Made by a program: the position numbers and the translations under genes. Under the pieces are notes generated by a model. The model was not told the DNA's origin and did not search any database. It saw only the letters and a list, made by a program, of their open reading frames with translations. From Asterias rubens (lineage: Eukaryota): a DNA stretch of 64,000 nucleotides. Where the stretch lies: the NCBI RefSeq assembly GCF_902459465.1, contig NC_047077.1, positions 5,208,001 to 5,272,000 on the forward strand, given 5' to 3'. Shown piece by piece: positions 50,401 through 61,655 of this stretch. Position 1 is the first letter of the stretch, and the number at the start of each line of letters is the position of its first letter.

Positions 50401-53400
50401 CATAGACCCTTTAAAGGTAGTATAGAATTTCATTTGTTTTCATTTCATTAATTCTGGTCATGAAGCCAAGAACTCTCAGAAAAGCGAATTTAACCACTGC
50501 AGCCAAGAACCCAGTGGAGAGAAGACAAAGAAGGAAGTTTCAGATGTTTTTGATGTGGGAGGAACACCCCAGAGGACTACTCCGGGGAAAACCCTTGCAG
50601 TCAGGTAATGACTGAAAACCAAATAGAGGTGGAAGGCGAAGAAATATACCACTACACCAACCCTGTTAGTATTGATAGTAGGCCTGGGCGAATTATTCGA
50701 ATATCCGGTAATGGCGAATAGGTTTTCCTATCCGTAACCGCGAATGCCTTTTTTTTCTTAACCGGATATCCGCATAGGGCGCGAATAGCTATTTATAAAC
50801 CGGATAGTTCTGTAATTACAACCAAGTAACCGGATATTCTTTTAATATTCGAATATCCGTGGACGTCGGGCGACAACTGATAGGAATGTTTTGTCTGAAT
50901 CCTTATAAAACTTCTATTAAAACAGCATAAATAAAGTATTTAACTATGCTCACCTCCGTGAAGAGTTAAAACAATGACATTTCTGACGTAATTTGTTCAA
51001 AGATTACGAAAGTTTTCCTTCACGTAGAGTCAATCACGATCAAAAGAAAAAGCAAATCGCCATCTTGGAATTAGATCCGGTTATTTTTATGAATGAACCG
51101 AGTGACACTGTCTAAAACTAATATCAATCCGCCCATACGATCTCATTCACAAACGAACAGCGCCCTCTAGCGGCCAAAAAAAATAAATAAAATATTTTGT
51201 TTTCTTTTTTTAATAGCGCCCTCTAGCGGCGAAAAAAACTATTTGAATATCCGGTTAATTTCGGATAGTTGGCCAGCGGTATCCGAATATCAAAATTTCA
51301 CTATTCGCCCAGCACTAATTGATAGTAACAAGAAGAAAAAGTTCCGTTGACAAAATTTAATAGTTATGCAGTTAGTTCTGTCAGTGCCAATTTAAAGACA
51401 GTGGACACTATTGGTAATTGTCAAAGACTAGTCTTCACAGTTGGTGTATCTCAACATATGCATGAAATAACAAACCGGTGAAAATTTAAGCTCAATTGGT
51501 CGTCGAAGTTGCGAGATATTAATGAAAAAAAAAAAAACCTTGTCGTACGAAGTTGTGTGCTTTCAGATGCTTGATTTCGAGACCTCAGATTTAGAATTTG
51601 AGGTCTCGAAATCAAATTCGTGGAAAATTACTTCTTTCACGAAAACTACATCACTTCAGAGGGAGCTGTTTCTCACAATGTTTTATACTATCAACCTCTC
51701 CCCATTACTCGTAATCAAGAAAGGTTTTATGATAACAATTATTTTGAGTAATTACCAATAGTGTCCACTGCCTTTAACAGCAATTTATCTTTCATCTGAA
51801 CAATGGTCAAAGTGAAGAAAGTGGCATACATTGTTACCATGGTTGCTTTTAATTTAATTAAAAATTTGTAATGAAAATCAGACTTTACCTCTGTAATGAA
51901 TGGGAGTGCCAGCATACAGTGGTAGTTAGACACCAAGATGGCATCTACTGTAGAGAAGTCTAGTACACCAAGCTGTGGAGATTGAAAGAAGATCAAGTTA
52001 TAAACCACAAAGGAAAATTGTTAAAGGCAGTGGACACTATTGGTAATTACTCAAAATAATTATTAGCATAAAACCTTTCTAATGGGGAAAAAATGATAGT
52101 ATAAAACATTGTGAGAAACGGCTCCCTCTGAAGTGCCATAGTTTTTGAGAAAGAAGTAATTTTCCACGACTTTGACTTCCAGACCTCAGATTTAGAACTT
52201 GAGGTCTCGAAATCAACCATCTATAAACACACACAACTTCATGTGACAAGGGTGTTTTTTTCTTTCATTATTATCTCGCAAGGTCGATGACCGATTGAGC
52301 TAAAATTTTAACAGGTTCGTTATTTTATGCATATGTTGAGATACACCAACTGTGAAGGCTAGTCTTTGACAATTATCATTAGTGTCCACTGCCTTTAAAT
52401 GATTTGGGTAAAGCAAAGAAAAATGTACTAGAACAGGATTTGAACCAATGACCAACGGATTGATATACAGGCGCTCTACCAACTGAGCTGTACAACATGA
52501 TAGAGACTCAATACTTGTGACGTCGTGGATTGTTTTTTTTTCTTATTTGACAAAATTGCACTTGGAGGGTATCAATCAAGCGGGAAATTTTGATCGTCTT
52601 GACTTTTAACTGTATTTTCCTTTTTTTTTATAGACTAAATATTTGTTGAAAATGAGTGGATCATAAAACTGAACTTGACATTGAAGCCCCTCTTCATTAA
52701 AAGAAACAAACAGCCTGGAATTCCTCTAGGAACAATTCTTTTAAAATAGTGATCTGTAAAGTAGCATATATGGCACTCCATTAGTGTTTAAAGACAGTGG
52801 ACACTATTGGTAAGTGTCAAAGACCAGTCTTCTCACTTGGTGCAGGTGTATCTAAACATATATGCATAAAATAACAAAACGAAATTTGAGCTCAATTGGT
52901 CGTCGAAGTTGCGAGATATGAATCACATAAAAAACACCATTGTCACACGAAGTTGTGTGCTTTCAGATGCTTGATTACGAGACCTCAAATTCTAAACCTG
53001 AGGTCTCGAAATCAAATTCGTGGAAAATTACTTCTTTCTCGAAAACTATGTCACTTCAGAGGGAGCCGTTTCTCACAATGTTTTACATTATCAACCTCTC
53101 CCCGTTACTCGTTACCAAGTGAGGTGTTATGCTGATAATTATTTTGAGTAACTACCAATAGTGTCCTCTGCCTTTAAGCATTTAGGAACAGTCCACTTAA
53201 TTTTGAGTGGATCGCATAATAAATACCAGTGCGTTTTTTCTTCCCACCATCGTTTGAAAGAGCGGATATTTCTCTGTCTACCCTTTGACAGGTTGCCTCT
53301 AAATAGGCGGATACAGCTACGGCTATGGCTAGATGTCTGTGACTTCATTCAATGAAGTATAGGACATCCTTAGCAACACCCTCAGCAACCGTCCTAGCCA

Positions 53401-55982
53401 TAGCCGCCAATTCGGACTCGGCCTCAGATTCATCCCTAAGACCTCACCTCTGGCACACAGACCTCAGGGGAGCTGTCAACAAACACCCTTCCACTGCATT
53501 CCTTCAACTCCTGAATGAAAAGACAAGCAAAAACATTCACAATGACGCTAAGCTTAAAGGATTTGGGTACTTTTTCAAAATATCCATAGATTTACATTAA
53601 ACTTACAGGGTTTGAAGATAATGATAGTGGAAGCTTCCCTTCAAATACTACTTACTGAGGTGCTGTAGTTTTTGAGAACTGAGTAAAACAATGTAATGAA
53701 AATACGTTTGTACATGCTTAAAATAATTTTCGTCTCATGAGACGAAAATTATTTTCATGACATTGTTTTACTCATTTCCCCAAAACTACAGTACCTCAGG
53801 ACGTAATATTTTCAGGGAAGCTTTCTACTATCATTATCTTCAAACTGTGTAAGTTTAGTGTAAATCTGTGGACATTGTGTTTTTTGTCCTACAAAAAGTA
53901 CATACACCCTTTAAATGCAAACGAAGACACTCACACAGAACAGACAATTTGTGGGTTCAGCCAACATCCCCCTTCCAAAATCCATTAGTAAAAAATCAGC
54001 ATACACAAAGGCAATGAGTGAAGCTTTAGGCCAGACTCTCATCTGGTGTGCCATTGCAGTCATATAATCTTAGCTTACATTTTTCAAGTCTTCTTTTGCT
54101 GCTGGTTCACCTGATGGCGGCTTCCATGAGGGCAGAGAGTTCAAGCGTTGGCTGAAAATAAGAAGAGCAACAAATCAGAGTAACAAATCAGGTCGAAGAT
54201 CTTGAGGAAAATGTTGTCTTTTTTTACTAAGAGAGAGGCTTTGTTCATTCAAGGGAATTTTCTGAATAACTACACTGGTCAATATGGCCATGTCAAAAAT
54301 GTTACATTTTGTATCATAATTTTTACACGATATTGAAGGATTTTGAGTTGTAAAATGTTGTACACTTGTTTGTTCTAGCTTTTATTTATGTCATTATTTT
54401 TATCCTGTTTTTCCATTCCCATTTCTCAGTCTACACCAATTTCTGTGATTCAGTCTGCATCAAGCAAGTTACACATCGTAAATTCCATTCATACACATTT
54501 CCATATCACAAAAAAAAAAATACAGAAGTGATTTGGGGGCAAAATCCCGAAAAGCAGACTAACAAAAAGACAAAGATTAGCAAAATTTAAATAAATAATT
54601 GTGTAGAGCAGGAGTGGTAAAAAGAGAGAAAAAAACAGATAAAAAATATTTAAATGAAAATAATCAAAATATATATAACGGGAAATTAGGAAAACCAGTG
54701 GCCAAGACAATTTGACAACGGAATATATTTGTACCTTGGGACGAGTGTGAGTGGTAGGAAATGCTGGAATGACGATAGATCCAAAGCACAGTCCAGGAGA
54801 ATGGTGGTATTCTTGAAGGTCAGGAGTAAACATGGAGCATTGGGATGATCTGAAAGGCAATACTGCAATGAAACAGAGAGACACAAATATTAAGGAAATT
54901 CCACGGACAGTGCGGTTTACCACCACCGCTGTTCACCATCCATCAAATGTTTTGAGTCGCTACATTGCACTGTTTTACTCCTGTTGGCACTGATTCCGCT
55001 GCAAGTAAAAAATACTAACTTGACCAAGGACTCCATGTAATGCTTTGCTTACACACATCCGTAAACATCATGGCGCCAACACTATTGAGCGAATGTCATA
55101 TTATTACACCAAAACAAGCGTGCACATTATCCTGAATTTTTTTTTTTAATATGCCACATTTTCACTCATTATTACAAAAAGGGATATCTCATTGAGGTAA
55201 ATTAGATATACTATTTTATGTCGAATGTAAAAGTGGTGGCCTGATACAGAAACTTTTATCCACTTTTCCTAATGTGCTCTCCACAAATGAGCTAAATAAA
55301 ACTATAACGTGGGTTTCCCTTCAAAACATAATTTTACCTCCTGAACTGAAGGTACTTGGCCTTGGGCGAAGGGCCAAGAATCGGAGGGAGTCCAGCATAT
55401 TCATTGGAACTATTAATGATGCTAAGTACTGGCTATGAATATGATGCCAAATCGTGTGTGGGGTTTTTTCCGGCTGATAAAAAGACAAACAAAAAAACAC
55501 CAAGGTCCTTTTTTTTTTTACTTTTTTTTTAAATAAAAAATTACAACATTCCGCCTTTAATTTATTTAAGTCTTAATAAAACATACACAGCTCATGGGAA
55601 AAGTTTCCGCATGGCGTCACCACTTTTTCATTCGATATGAAATAATTCTAATTTACCTCATTGATATATCCCTTTTTGTAAAAATGAGTGAAAAAGTGGT
55701 GGCGCCATACGGAAAGTTACCCAGCTCATGTTTGAGCCTGCACAATAAACTCTCTGTCTCTAAAGGCAAGTGCCTAAACTAAATGGAAAAAAAAAGATGT
55801 GCAAAAGTTAAGTGAACAGTCACTCAGCCAGAAGTGACAGGGTAAAATTAAAACAACTTTTCTTTTCTTTTTTGAAAAATGCAAAGCGCCAAAAATCCAC
55901 ACTGGTCATGCTGGTAAAGCGAGATTTCTGTATGTTCTACTTTCACAACAAGGTAAAAAATGTGCAGACTTACGAGCTTCAT
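34086..55982 (-). CDS. INTS9: Integrator complex subunit 9 (inactive MBL/beta-CASP family), 19 coding exons, 668 aa
   Basis: Exons 55974-55982, 54735-54862, 54079-54151, 53448-53510, 51889-51972, 49978-50033, 48570-48777, 47117-47206, 46387-46543, 45756-45936, 45245-45348, 44648-44776, 43647-43771, 42553-42633, 42049-42135, 41249-41347, 40283-40438, 39638-39694, 34086-34205. All junctions are GT-AG and total 2007 nt in frame. Peptides [66 protein letters not shown] closely match INTS9 as I recall it. Confidence 0.96.
34255..34617. mobile_element. Kolobok-type palindromic MITE family C
   Basis: TTAA-AGGTGCACGTTG ... CAACGTGTCCCT-TTAA. Related to 62084-62461. Confidence 0.85.
37276..37646 (-). 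mobile_element. Kolobok-type MITE family A
   Basis: Reverse-orientation copy with TTAA flanks. Confidence 0.85.
39756..39828 (-). tRNA. tRNA-Asn(GTT)-like sequence, probably a repeat-borne pseudo-tRNA
   Basis: 73-nt GGCTAGATAGCTCAGTTGGTAGAGCGCCGACACGTTAATCCGGAGG...GGTTCAAATCCC, with A and B boxes and a GTT anticodon loop. Several stem mismatches. Confidence 0.4.
40095..40167 (-). tRNA. tRNA-Asn(GTT)-like sequence, probably a repeat-borne pseudo-tRNA
   Basis: 7-bp acceptor stem GGCTAGA/TCTAGTC, ATGTTAA anticodon loop, TTCGAATCCC T-loop. D and T stems imperfect. Confidence 0.4.
40389..41120. repeat. 94-bp tandem repeat, about 8 units, spanning the INTS9 intron 16/exon 17 boundary
   Basis: Units start at 40389, 40483, 40577, 40671, 40765, 40859, about 40959 and 41052. 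Each unit is the intron end plus the first about 50 nt of exon 17, and divergence increases away from the exon. Confidence 0.95.
44029..44371 (+). mobile_element. Kolobok-type MITE family A
   Basis: Family A termini and internal sequence, in INTS9 intron 12. Confidence 0.85.
47262..47600 (+). mobile_element. tRNA-derived SINE
   Basis: A box tggccgagtgg, B-box-like ggattcaaatccc, gtgtccttgagcaag core, tgtaaagcgc tail and (TAT)n. Confidence 0.85.
47652..47946 (+). mobile_element. tRNA-derived SINE (tandem with the previous copy)
   Basis: tggccgagcgg, gggttcgaatccc, gtgtcctgagcaagacacttaac. Confidence 0.85.
47947..48043. repeat. 12-bp tandem repeat (CATGAGCGTCAC)n at a SINE 3' end
   Basis: About 8 perfect units directly following tggagcgc of the SINE tail. 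Confidence 0.95.
48258..48391. repeat. 14-bp minisatellite (AACTAAACCAATTC)n
   Basis: About 9 units, with further partial units at 48525-48569. Confidence 0.95.
48392..48517 (-). other. Duplicated 3' part of INTS9 exon 7 (126 nt, in frame, flanked by AG and GT)
   Basis: Copy of 48570-48695 with 3 substitutions. Preceded by gaatag and followed by gttagt on the minus strand. Confidence 0.85.
49008..49270 (+). mobile_element. tRNA-derived SINE (diverged)
   Basis: gccgagcagtctag head and gcccttgagcaaggcacttaa core. Confidence 0.65.
49373..49711. mobile_element. Kolobok-type palindromic MITE family B
   Basis: TTAA flanks and self-complementary arms. Confidence 0.85.
50069..50410. mobile_element. 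Kolobok-type palindromic MITE family B
   Basis: TTAA-AGGGTCTATGTA ... TACATAGACCCT-TTAA. Confidence 0.9.
50679..51317. mobile_element. Non-autonomous hAT-type element, 639 bp
   Basis: TIR TAGGCCTGGGCGAAT / ATTCGCCCAGCACTA, perfect 8-bp TSD ATTGATAG (50671-50678 and 51318-51325). Confidence 0.9.
51396..51773 (+). mobile_element. Kolobok-type MITE family A (full length)
   Basis: TTAA TSD and about 24-bp TIR AG(A/G)CAGTGGACACTATTGGTAATT. Confidence 0.92.
52025..52394 (-). mobile_element. Kolobok-type MITE family A (full length, inverted)
   Basis: TTAA TSD, reverse complement of 51396-51773. Confidence 0.92.
52792..53173 (+). mobile_element. Kolobok-type MITE family A (full length)
   Basis: TTAA TSD and TIRs. 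Confidence 0.9.
53558..53910. mobile_element. Kolobok-type palindromic MITE family B
   Basis: TTAA flanks, hairpin centred on tcgtctcatgagacga. Confidence 0.88.
55594..55725. mobile_element. Small MITE (gggaaaagtttccg...cggaaagttaccc), with relatives at about 55155-55262, 56640-56745 and 12115-12240
   Basis: Inverted arms tccgcatggcgtcaccactttttca and tgaaaaagtggtggcgccatacgga. Confidence 0.65.
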
Positions 55983-56222
55983 TGTGCTGCGGTTGCAGAC
56001 GAACGACAACGTTACTAAACACTGAAAAATGCATGCAAGAAGCTTGACGTTTTGAAAGGAGACCGTCAGAAAATAAAAACATGGTCTGCTTGTGTAGCGC
56101 CCTCAAGTGACAATCAGTGACACTGTCCCTAAATGGTCAATTGAGGGCGCTACATCACTGTCACTGTGCGAAGTTCAACTTTGTTTACAAACACAGAAAA
56201 CTGCGATGGTTTTTTATAAAAA
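55983..56222. promoter_or_regulatory. Bidirectional promoter region of INTS9 and RDM1
   Basis: The two start codons diverge 240 bp apart. Contains a perfect 14-bp inverted repeat (56093-56106 and 56141-56154). Confidence 0.8.
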
Positions 56223-59200
56223 ATGGCAAGTTCTCCCGACATAATTGAGTTTGTAAGACCGGATACAAATGACAAGAATTTGTATGTCACAAGTATCTCT
56301 AACAAGTTAACAGAACCGGCAGCATTTGTAAGTTTGTGTCGAAGATCGTCTGATCGTGTTCGATCAGTCGGTGTTTTGTTTTAATTTAAAAAACTGGAGG
56401 TCCCAAAACTGGGGCCAACGTTTTTTGCCTGTGACGAGAGCAGCAGTGAGCAGGGGGCAGTTGTTGGGCAGTTTCTAAACACCTTCTCATGCATGTCATG
56501 TGTGCTATTTATCCCTTCAAATTAGATTCAATGAACTTTCACTTTCTTGCCTTGGATAAGTTGCGATAACGTTATCGCAACTATTTCTTGGAGTACCCCG
56601 GCATGATCCAATGTTGTTATTTTGACACCCCATTCGCTTGGGATCTTTTCCGTATGACGACACCACTTTTAAACCCATTTTTACAAAAAGGGATATATTT
56701 CATATCGAATGAAAAAGTGGTGGCACCATACGGAGTCTTTGAACTGGCACATGAGCATGATGAGATCAAGCACGGAACCCCACTTAAGCCAAATCTAGGA
56801 AACGGGGAATTCCAAAGTGCTTGGGGTCAATTGGGGTCACTTTGGTAATTGATTCACCCAGCCCATCTTATTGTGAAAGACGATTTTGGTAAGAGTATCA
56901 AACTAACGATCTATCCGTCATCTTCCCGAAATGAAAACAACAGGAGAAGCTTCATCGTATCTTTTCTCAGTTCGGCCTGCTGTACGAAGTCCAAGTTCTT
57001 GAAGGTAGAAGCCAACCTGTCACTTCAGAAGGCCCAACCCTCAGCGAGCAAAATTGTACTACCATGTCAGCATTATGTGGTGGCAGCACGGGGTCAAATC
57101 TCTATGCATTCATTAAGTACTACTCAACCAGAGAGGCGCAGAAGGCACAGCAAGCAGTGAATGGAAAATATATGCTGGATGGGAGGCTATTAAGGGTGAG
57201 AAAGGAAGAGTACATTACAGGAGGCACATAAGCCTCAGGGGGCTGATGGCCTCTTGAAGGAAGAGGCTGATGGCCTCTTGAAGGAGGAGGCTGATGGCCT
57301 CTTGAAGGTGGTGGCCTCTTGGGTAGGCCTGGGCGACTAGTGAAATTTACTACTTGACTAGTCGCACCTCTAATAGTCGCAACTTTGATACTAGTGGCGA
57401 CTAATTTAATTTCCCAAGATGCATTGTGGCATATTGTTTGCTTCAGTCGCAATATTGTAAAATTCACGCTAAAAAAGATTCAAAGGATTGTGTGGTCAAC
57501 TGATAGTCCAGTATTGATACTAATCGCACTAGCCGCCCAGGTTTACTTTTGAGGCTGTTGGCCTCTTGAGGCTGTCCAGCGAGGTTGCTAGCTTGCTAAA
57601 CATGAATGAATTTGACGTTCTTGTGAAAATGCTGCAATAGTTTTTTGCTGTTTTGTCAGCAAGTGACACTGTACTCGGCAGAAACTTGCACTGTGCTTTT
57701 ATTGTATTTGATCATAGTTTGCCTATAAATTAGCATTACATTACCAAAAATACAATCAATGACACAATATTTAATACAGTGTAACATCACTCACATCCAA
57801 ACCTGTTCAAACAAAAAACATAACCTTAAAATTGCTCTCAAGAACAACAAAATTTAAACAGTTTTTTTTCTTGTTCCATCAGGTGAGATTTGCAAACAGA
57901 CAGCACACGCCTGAAGCCAGTCAGACACTACATCACCAACAGTGCTATGAGCTTGCCAGTCACTACCTTGGGTTTAATGGATGGTCCAGCAAAATTGAAT
58001 CAGTGAGTCTGTGCAAATCTAGACTTGTGGACAAGTCGTTTGTTGCGGTGATAGTCGAGTCGTGGAAGTGGCGTAATGGTTCAGGTCTCGCGAGGTCACT
58101 GCTCTTGTGAGATCACTGCTGGCGCAGACTACTCTCCGATTAACTGAGACTGCGCAGCACAATAGCTGTAGTCTCGCAGGGGCCAGCAGTCTTGCAAGAA
58201 TATCGCCAGTGCACGGTGATAGTCAGAATGCTATCTTTGCGACAGATATTTAACGACTTGTCCGCAAGTCTAGAGCCAATCAGAACCATTTTCTCAAAAA
58301 TGAACTTGGCCTCAGGAAAACAAGCAACGAAAAGACAATAACATTTAATTTTTTTTATTTTTTAGATGTTAACATTTATTTGCCAATCTGAATAAATATT
58401 TTCCCAGTATTTTTCAGCAAATAAGGAGCCAATAGATGGATTGCACTAAAGCGTCATCGACCGCCGTGCCTGCAAGGCTATCATTGCTGTGTTTTTATGT
58501 AAAGACTTACTTTTTATTTGATAGTTGAAGGAGGATAAAGCGTCTTGTGAGCCTAACACAGCTCGCTTCATTGGTATAGTGAGGATCAACGTAACGAATC
58601 ATGAAGTACACAGTGATGGGATAGGAGTTGGTGAGGTGGCATATAGTCCTGAAGGTAAAAACAAATTTTGGTTAGAGGCGGAAATACTGCGCTTACTATC
58701 CAAGCATGACTTTTTGATCTAGCTTTGTAAGCGAAGAATGCCTAGTAACTTGAGTACTTAGATGCTTGTACTTTTGTTACCATTCAAAGTGCCATCAAAC
58801 CTGAATATATCGTCTGTGTTTAGTATGTGCTAATTTTTGCAGAAAAATTTCCCTAATAGAGATCCTATCTGGCCCCAATTTCACAAGAGCCGTTTAAAAA
58901 TTTGTCAAGCGTAGAATAATCTTTTCTACCAAAAACTGGACATCACCCAAAATACAATGTAATGAATACATAACCATAACAGGTTCCCTTTTAAATGCTG
59001 CTTTTCCTTAAAAACATATTTTACTACTGCAGACCCCATGAGTAAAATCACAGCGTTCCATCGAGCCAAAAAGCTTGCCATTCAGAGGGCAAGCGAGGGC
59101 GCTTTCAGCAAGGTACTAATCGTGGTATTGGCCAACGGCAAAGTGGCAGTTGAAATAAACAGCACATCGGTAGATGCACTGCATTTCGTCACGCAGGAAG

Positions 59201-60606
59201 AACTCAAAGGAGTTGTTACAGTGAGTATCAGCTATTTTTTATTTGTTTATGCAAGTTGTCAGACACGAAAGGCCTGAAGGTCACTTCAAGGTGTGGGCTA
59301 CAATTATTTTTTTCAGAGGCCGTTGCCACCTACTCCTAGGGCTGAAACAGGGTTACCCCTTTACAGTTCATACGTATGTAGGCTTGGGTATCATCAATCC
59401 GCAGCCTGGCCAGTAGAGCAGAAAGCACTACCTCCCCAATTTGTGAATATGTGAAGCAAAACATTACAACATATTATGGATTGCACATGACATTGACAGC
59501 CATCTTTGATATAAAAATAAAAAATAAAAATGTGCTTGTGTGAATGTGCACAAAACTCTAAGCCAATGATAGCCGTTCACGTTTCATCATTAACAATGGT
59601 GGAAAATGCAATGGGTCTTTATCTGGGCACCAGGGATAGCAGTGTGTAGAACATTACCTTTTGGCAGGTAACACCCTGTTCAGACAGGCGCTCCAGAGTC
59701 GCGCCGAACCCAACTGTTGAATTAAGGACATTATTTTTAAGTTTGACATCTGAAACAAAAGATCAATTGTTGCAGTCATTTGGATACTTCTGGAGCAGTG
59801 AATAGAGGCATTATATAACTCTGTATTGTGACAGTGAAGTAACTCGCTTTCATCCATTGTATAAATACAATACATCTTCAAAGTCTGAAACCAAAATATT
59901 TGGGTCGACCTAGAGTCGCTCCTAATCTATTTGGTTCGGCATGACACTGGAGTGCCTGTCTGAAATGGATGTAATCCGTTCTGCTAAGCAAGTTTTTTGT
60001 TTGTTTAGCAAGTTTTTGTATTTACAAGGTCTGGGCTCAAGACAGAACCAAACCATACCTCACCTTACATGCCTGAAAGGCGCTGGACACTTTTGGTAAT
60101 TGTCGAAGACTAGTCTTCTCAGTTGGTGTATCTCAACATATGCACAAAATAACAAACCTGTGAAAATTTTAACTCAATTGGTCGTCGAAGATGCAAGATA
60201 ATAGCGGAAGAAAAAACACCCTTGTCACAATGGAGTTGGGTGCTTTCAGGTGCTTGGTTTCGGGACCTCAAAATCTAATTCTGAGGTCTCCCAATGAAAT
60301 TCAAATATTTAAGTGAAAATTACTTCTTTCTCGAAAACTACGTTACTTCAGAGGGAGCCGTTTCTCACAATGTTTCATACTATCAACTGCTCTCCATTGC
60401 TTGTTGAGTAATTACCAATAGTGTCCACTGCCTTTAATCATTGGTCTTACTTTTGAATTTCATAACAGGTGACACAGATAAACTCCACTGAAGAGACTGA
60501 CTGTCCAGGACCTGACAATGAGGGCGCTCTTGATGCCGATGACACCTCCGATCTGGACAACATCAACGTCCAACTGCTTCTAGATCTACAGGAGCAAGAT
60601 ATGTAA
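56223..60606 (+). CDS. RDM1: RAD52 motif-containing protein 1 (RRM plus RAD52-like motif), 6 coding exons, 310 aa
   Basis: Exons 56223-56327, 56944-57195, 57883-58002, 58525-58654, 59033-59220, 60469-60606 join in frame (933 nt). Peptides FSQFGLLY, YAFIKYYS, CYELASHYLGFNGWS, KLAIQRASEGAFSKVLIVVLANGKVAVE resemble vertebrate RDM1 as I recall it. Confidence 0.9.
57240..57323. repeat. 24-bp minisatellite (GGCTGATGGCCTCTTGAAGGA-GA)n
   Basis: About 3.5 units in RDM1 intron 2, continuing after an inserted element at 57546-57575. Confidence 0.9.
57324..57545. mobile_element. hAT-type MITE sharing termini with 50679-51317
   Basis: TAGGCCTGGGCGACTAG / CTAGCCGCCCAGGTTTA, flanks CTCTTGGG and CTTTTGAG (6/8 match). 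Confidence 0.7.
58020..58272. mobile_element. Second member of the 9-bp-TSD fold-back family, in RDM1 intron 3
   Basis: Same TAGACTTGTGGACAAGTCG termini, flanks GTGCAAATC and GAGCCAATC (7/9 match). Confidence 0.8.
60078..60433 (+). mobile_element. Kolobok-type MITE family A
   Basis: Ends 35 nt before the RDM1 exon 6 acceptor. Confidence 0.88.
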
Positions 60607-61080
60607 ACATTTTGGGCTATTGGTGAAAATCTAGCGTCAAAAGCTTCGGAAAAATTCTACTCCAAATTATCAATTAGTCTTTAAAAAATTTCCAGTAAAT
60701 GGTAGCACACCAAACTCAAGCTCTGGGCCCAACTTCATGACTCTGCTTAAAGCCAAATTCTGTGCTTACGATCACCGTTATCCATGAACAAATTTTTTGC
60801 AAATGTGTAATAAGTATTTTTCACGTAATGAAAGATTTGTACATATATATATTTAAAATAAATGCCTTTGTAAAAAAAGAGTTGTAAATATCTAAAGAAT
60901 AAAGCTTCTTTGCAGCCACAAAATGATTGTGAATTTGATGCCAGTGGTTTGTGTCCTTTTAGGGCTGAAAGTTTAACTTTTGTTTTTTATTTATTCAAAC
61001 TTTAAATAAATTTGGGTGGAACAAACTGGTGCCCTGCATACATTGCTTCATAATAGTTTGATAATTACTGCATGCATATC

Positions 61081-61267
61081 GGGGCCAAATTTCATAGAGC
61101 TGCTCAAGCAGAAAATATTGCTCAACAATTTTCTGCTAAGCAAAAATAAGCAGGATACCAGTCACAAATTGTACATTTGAAAAGACAGTTTAACTTCATT
61201 CTGGTAAGCATAATTTTGTTGTGCTTAGCTACTTTTTGTGCTTAAGCAGCTCTATGAAATTGGACCC
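61081..61267. mobile_element. GGGCCC-terminus MITE
   Basis: ggggccaaatttcatagagctgct ... agcagctctatgaaattggaccc. Confidence 0.8.
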
Positions 61268-61411
61268 TAGGCCTCGAAATAACAAACTGCACCTACAGCA
61301 ATTGCAGTGGTGCCCTGTGCTTTTGCTATGATGCCCTCTGCAAGGATCCAATGTAGAAGTGCCCCTTGGAGGAAAATTGCTGTGCCCCTTCAAGAACATA
61401 ATTCAAGGCCT

Positions 61412-61655
61412 AGGCCCAATTCCATAGAGCTGCTTAAGCACAAAATTCTGCTTAAGCAAAAAAAATCTATGCTTTGTAAAATCAGATTACCGGCCAAGAC
61501 TCCACCAATTGTTATGCCAAGTAAACAACAGCTAAACACCAGTCACAAGCAAATAATATCACATGAAATTTTGGCCTGTAACAGGTGTAAAATAAGCCAG
61601 CTATTTTCGTGCTTAACCAATTTTTTTGCTTAAGCAGCTCTATGAAATTGGCCCC
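61412..61655. mobile_element. GGGCCC-terminus MITE
   Basis: aggcccaattccatagagctgcttaagc ... gcttaagcagctctatgaaattggcccc. Confidence 0.8.

Noticed and set aside
54489-54926. 145-aa hydrophobic ORF
   Set aside because: Alternative frame of INTS9 exon 2 plus T-rich intron, with no recognisable family.
57120-57467. ORF with PPPSRGHQ repeats
   Set aside because: Antisense translation of the 24-bp minisatellite and MITE in RDM1 intron 2.
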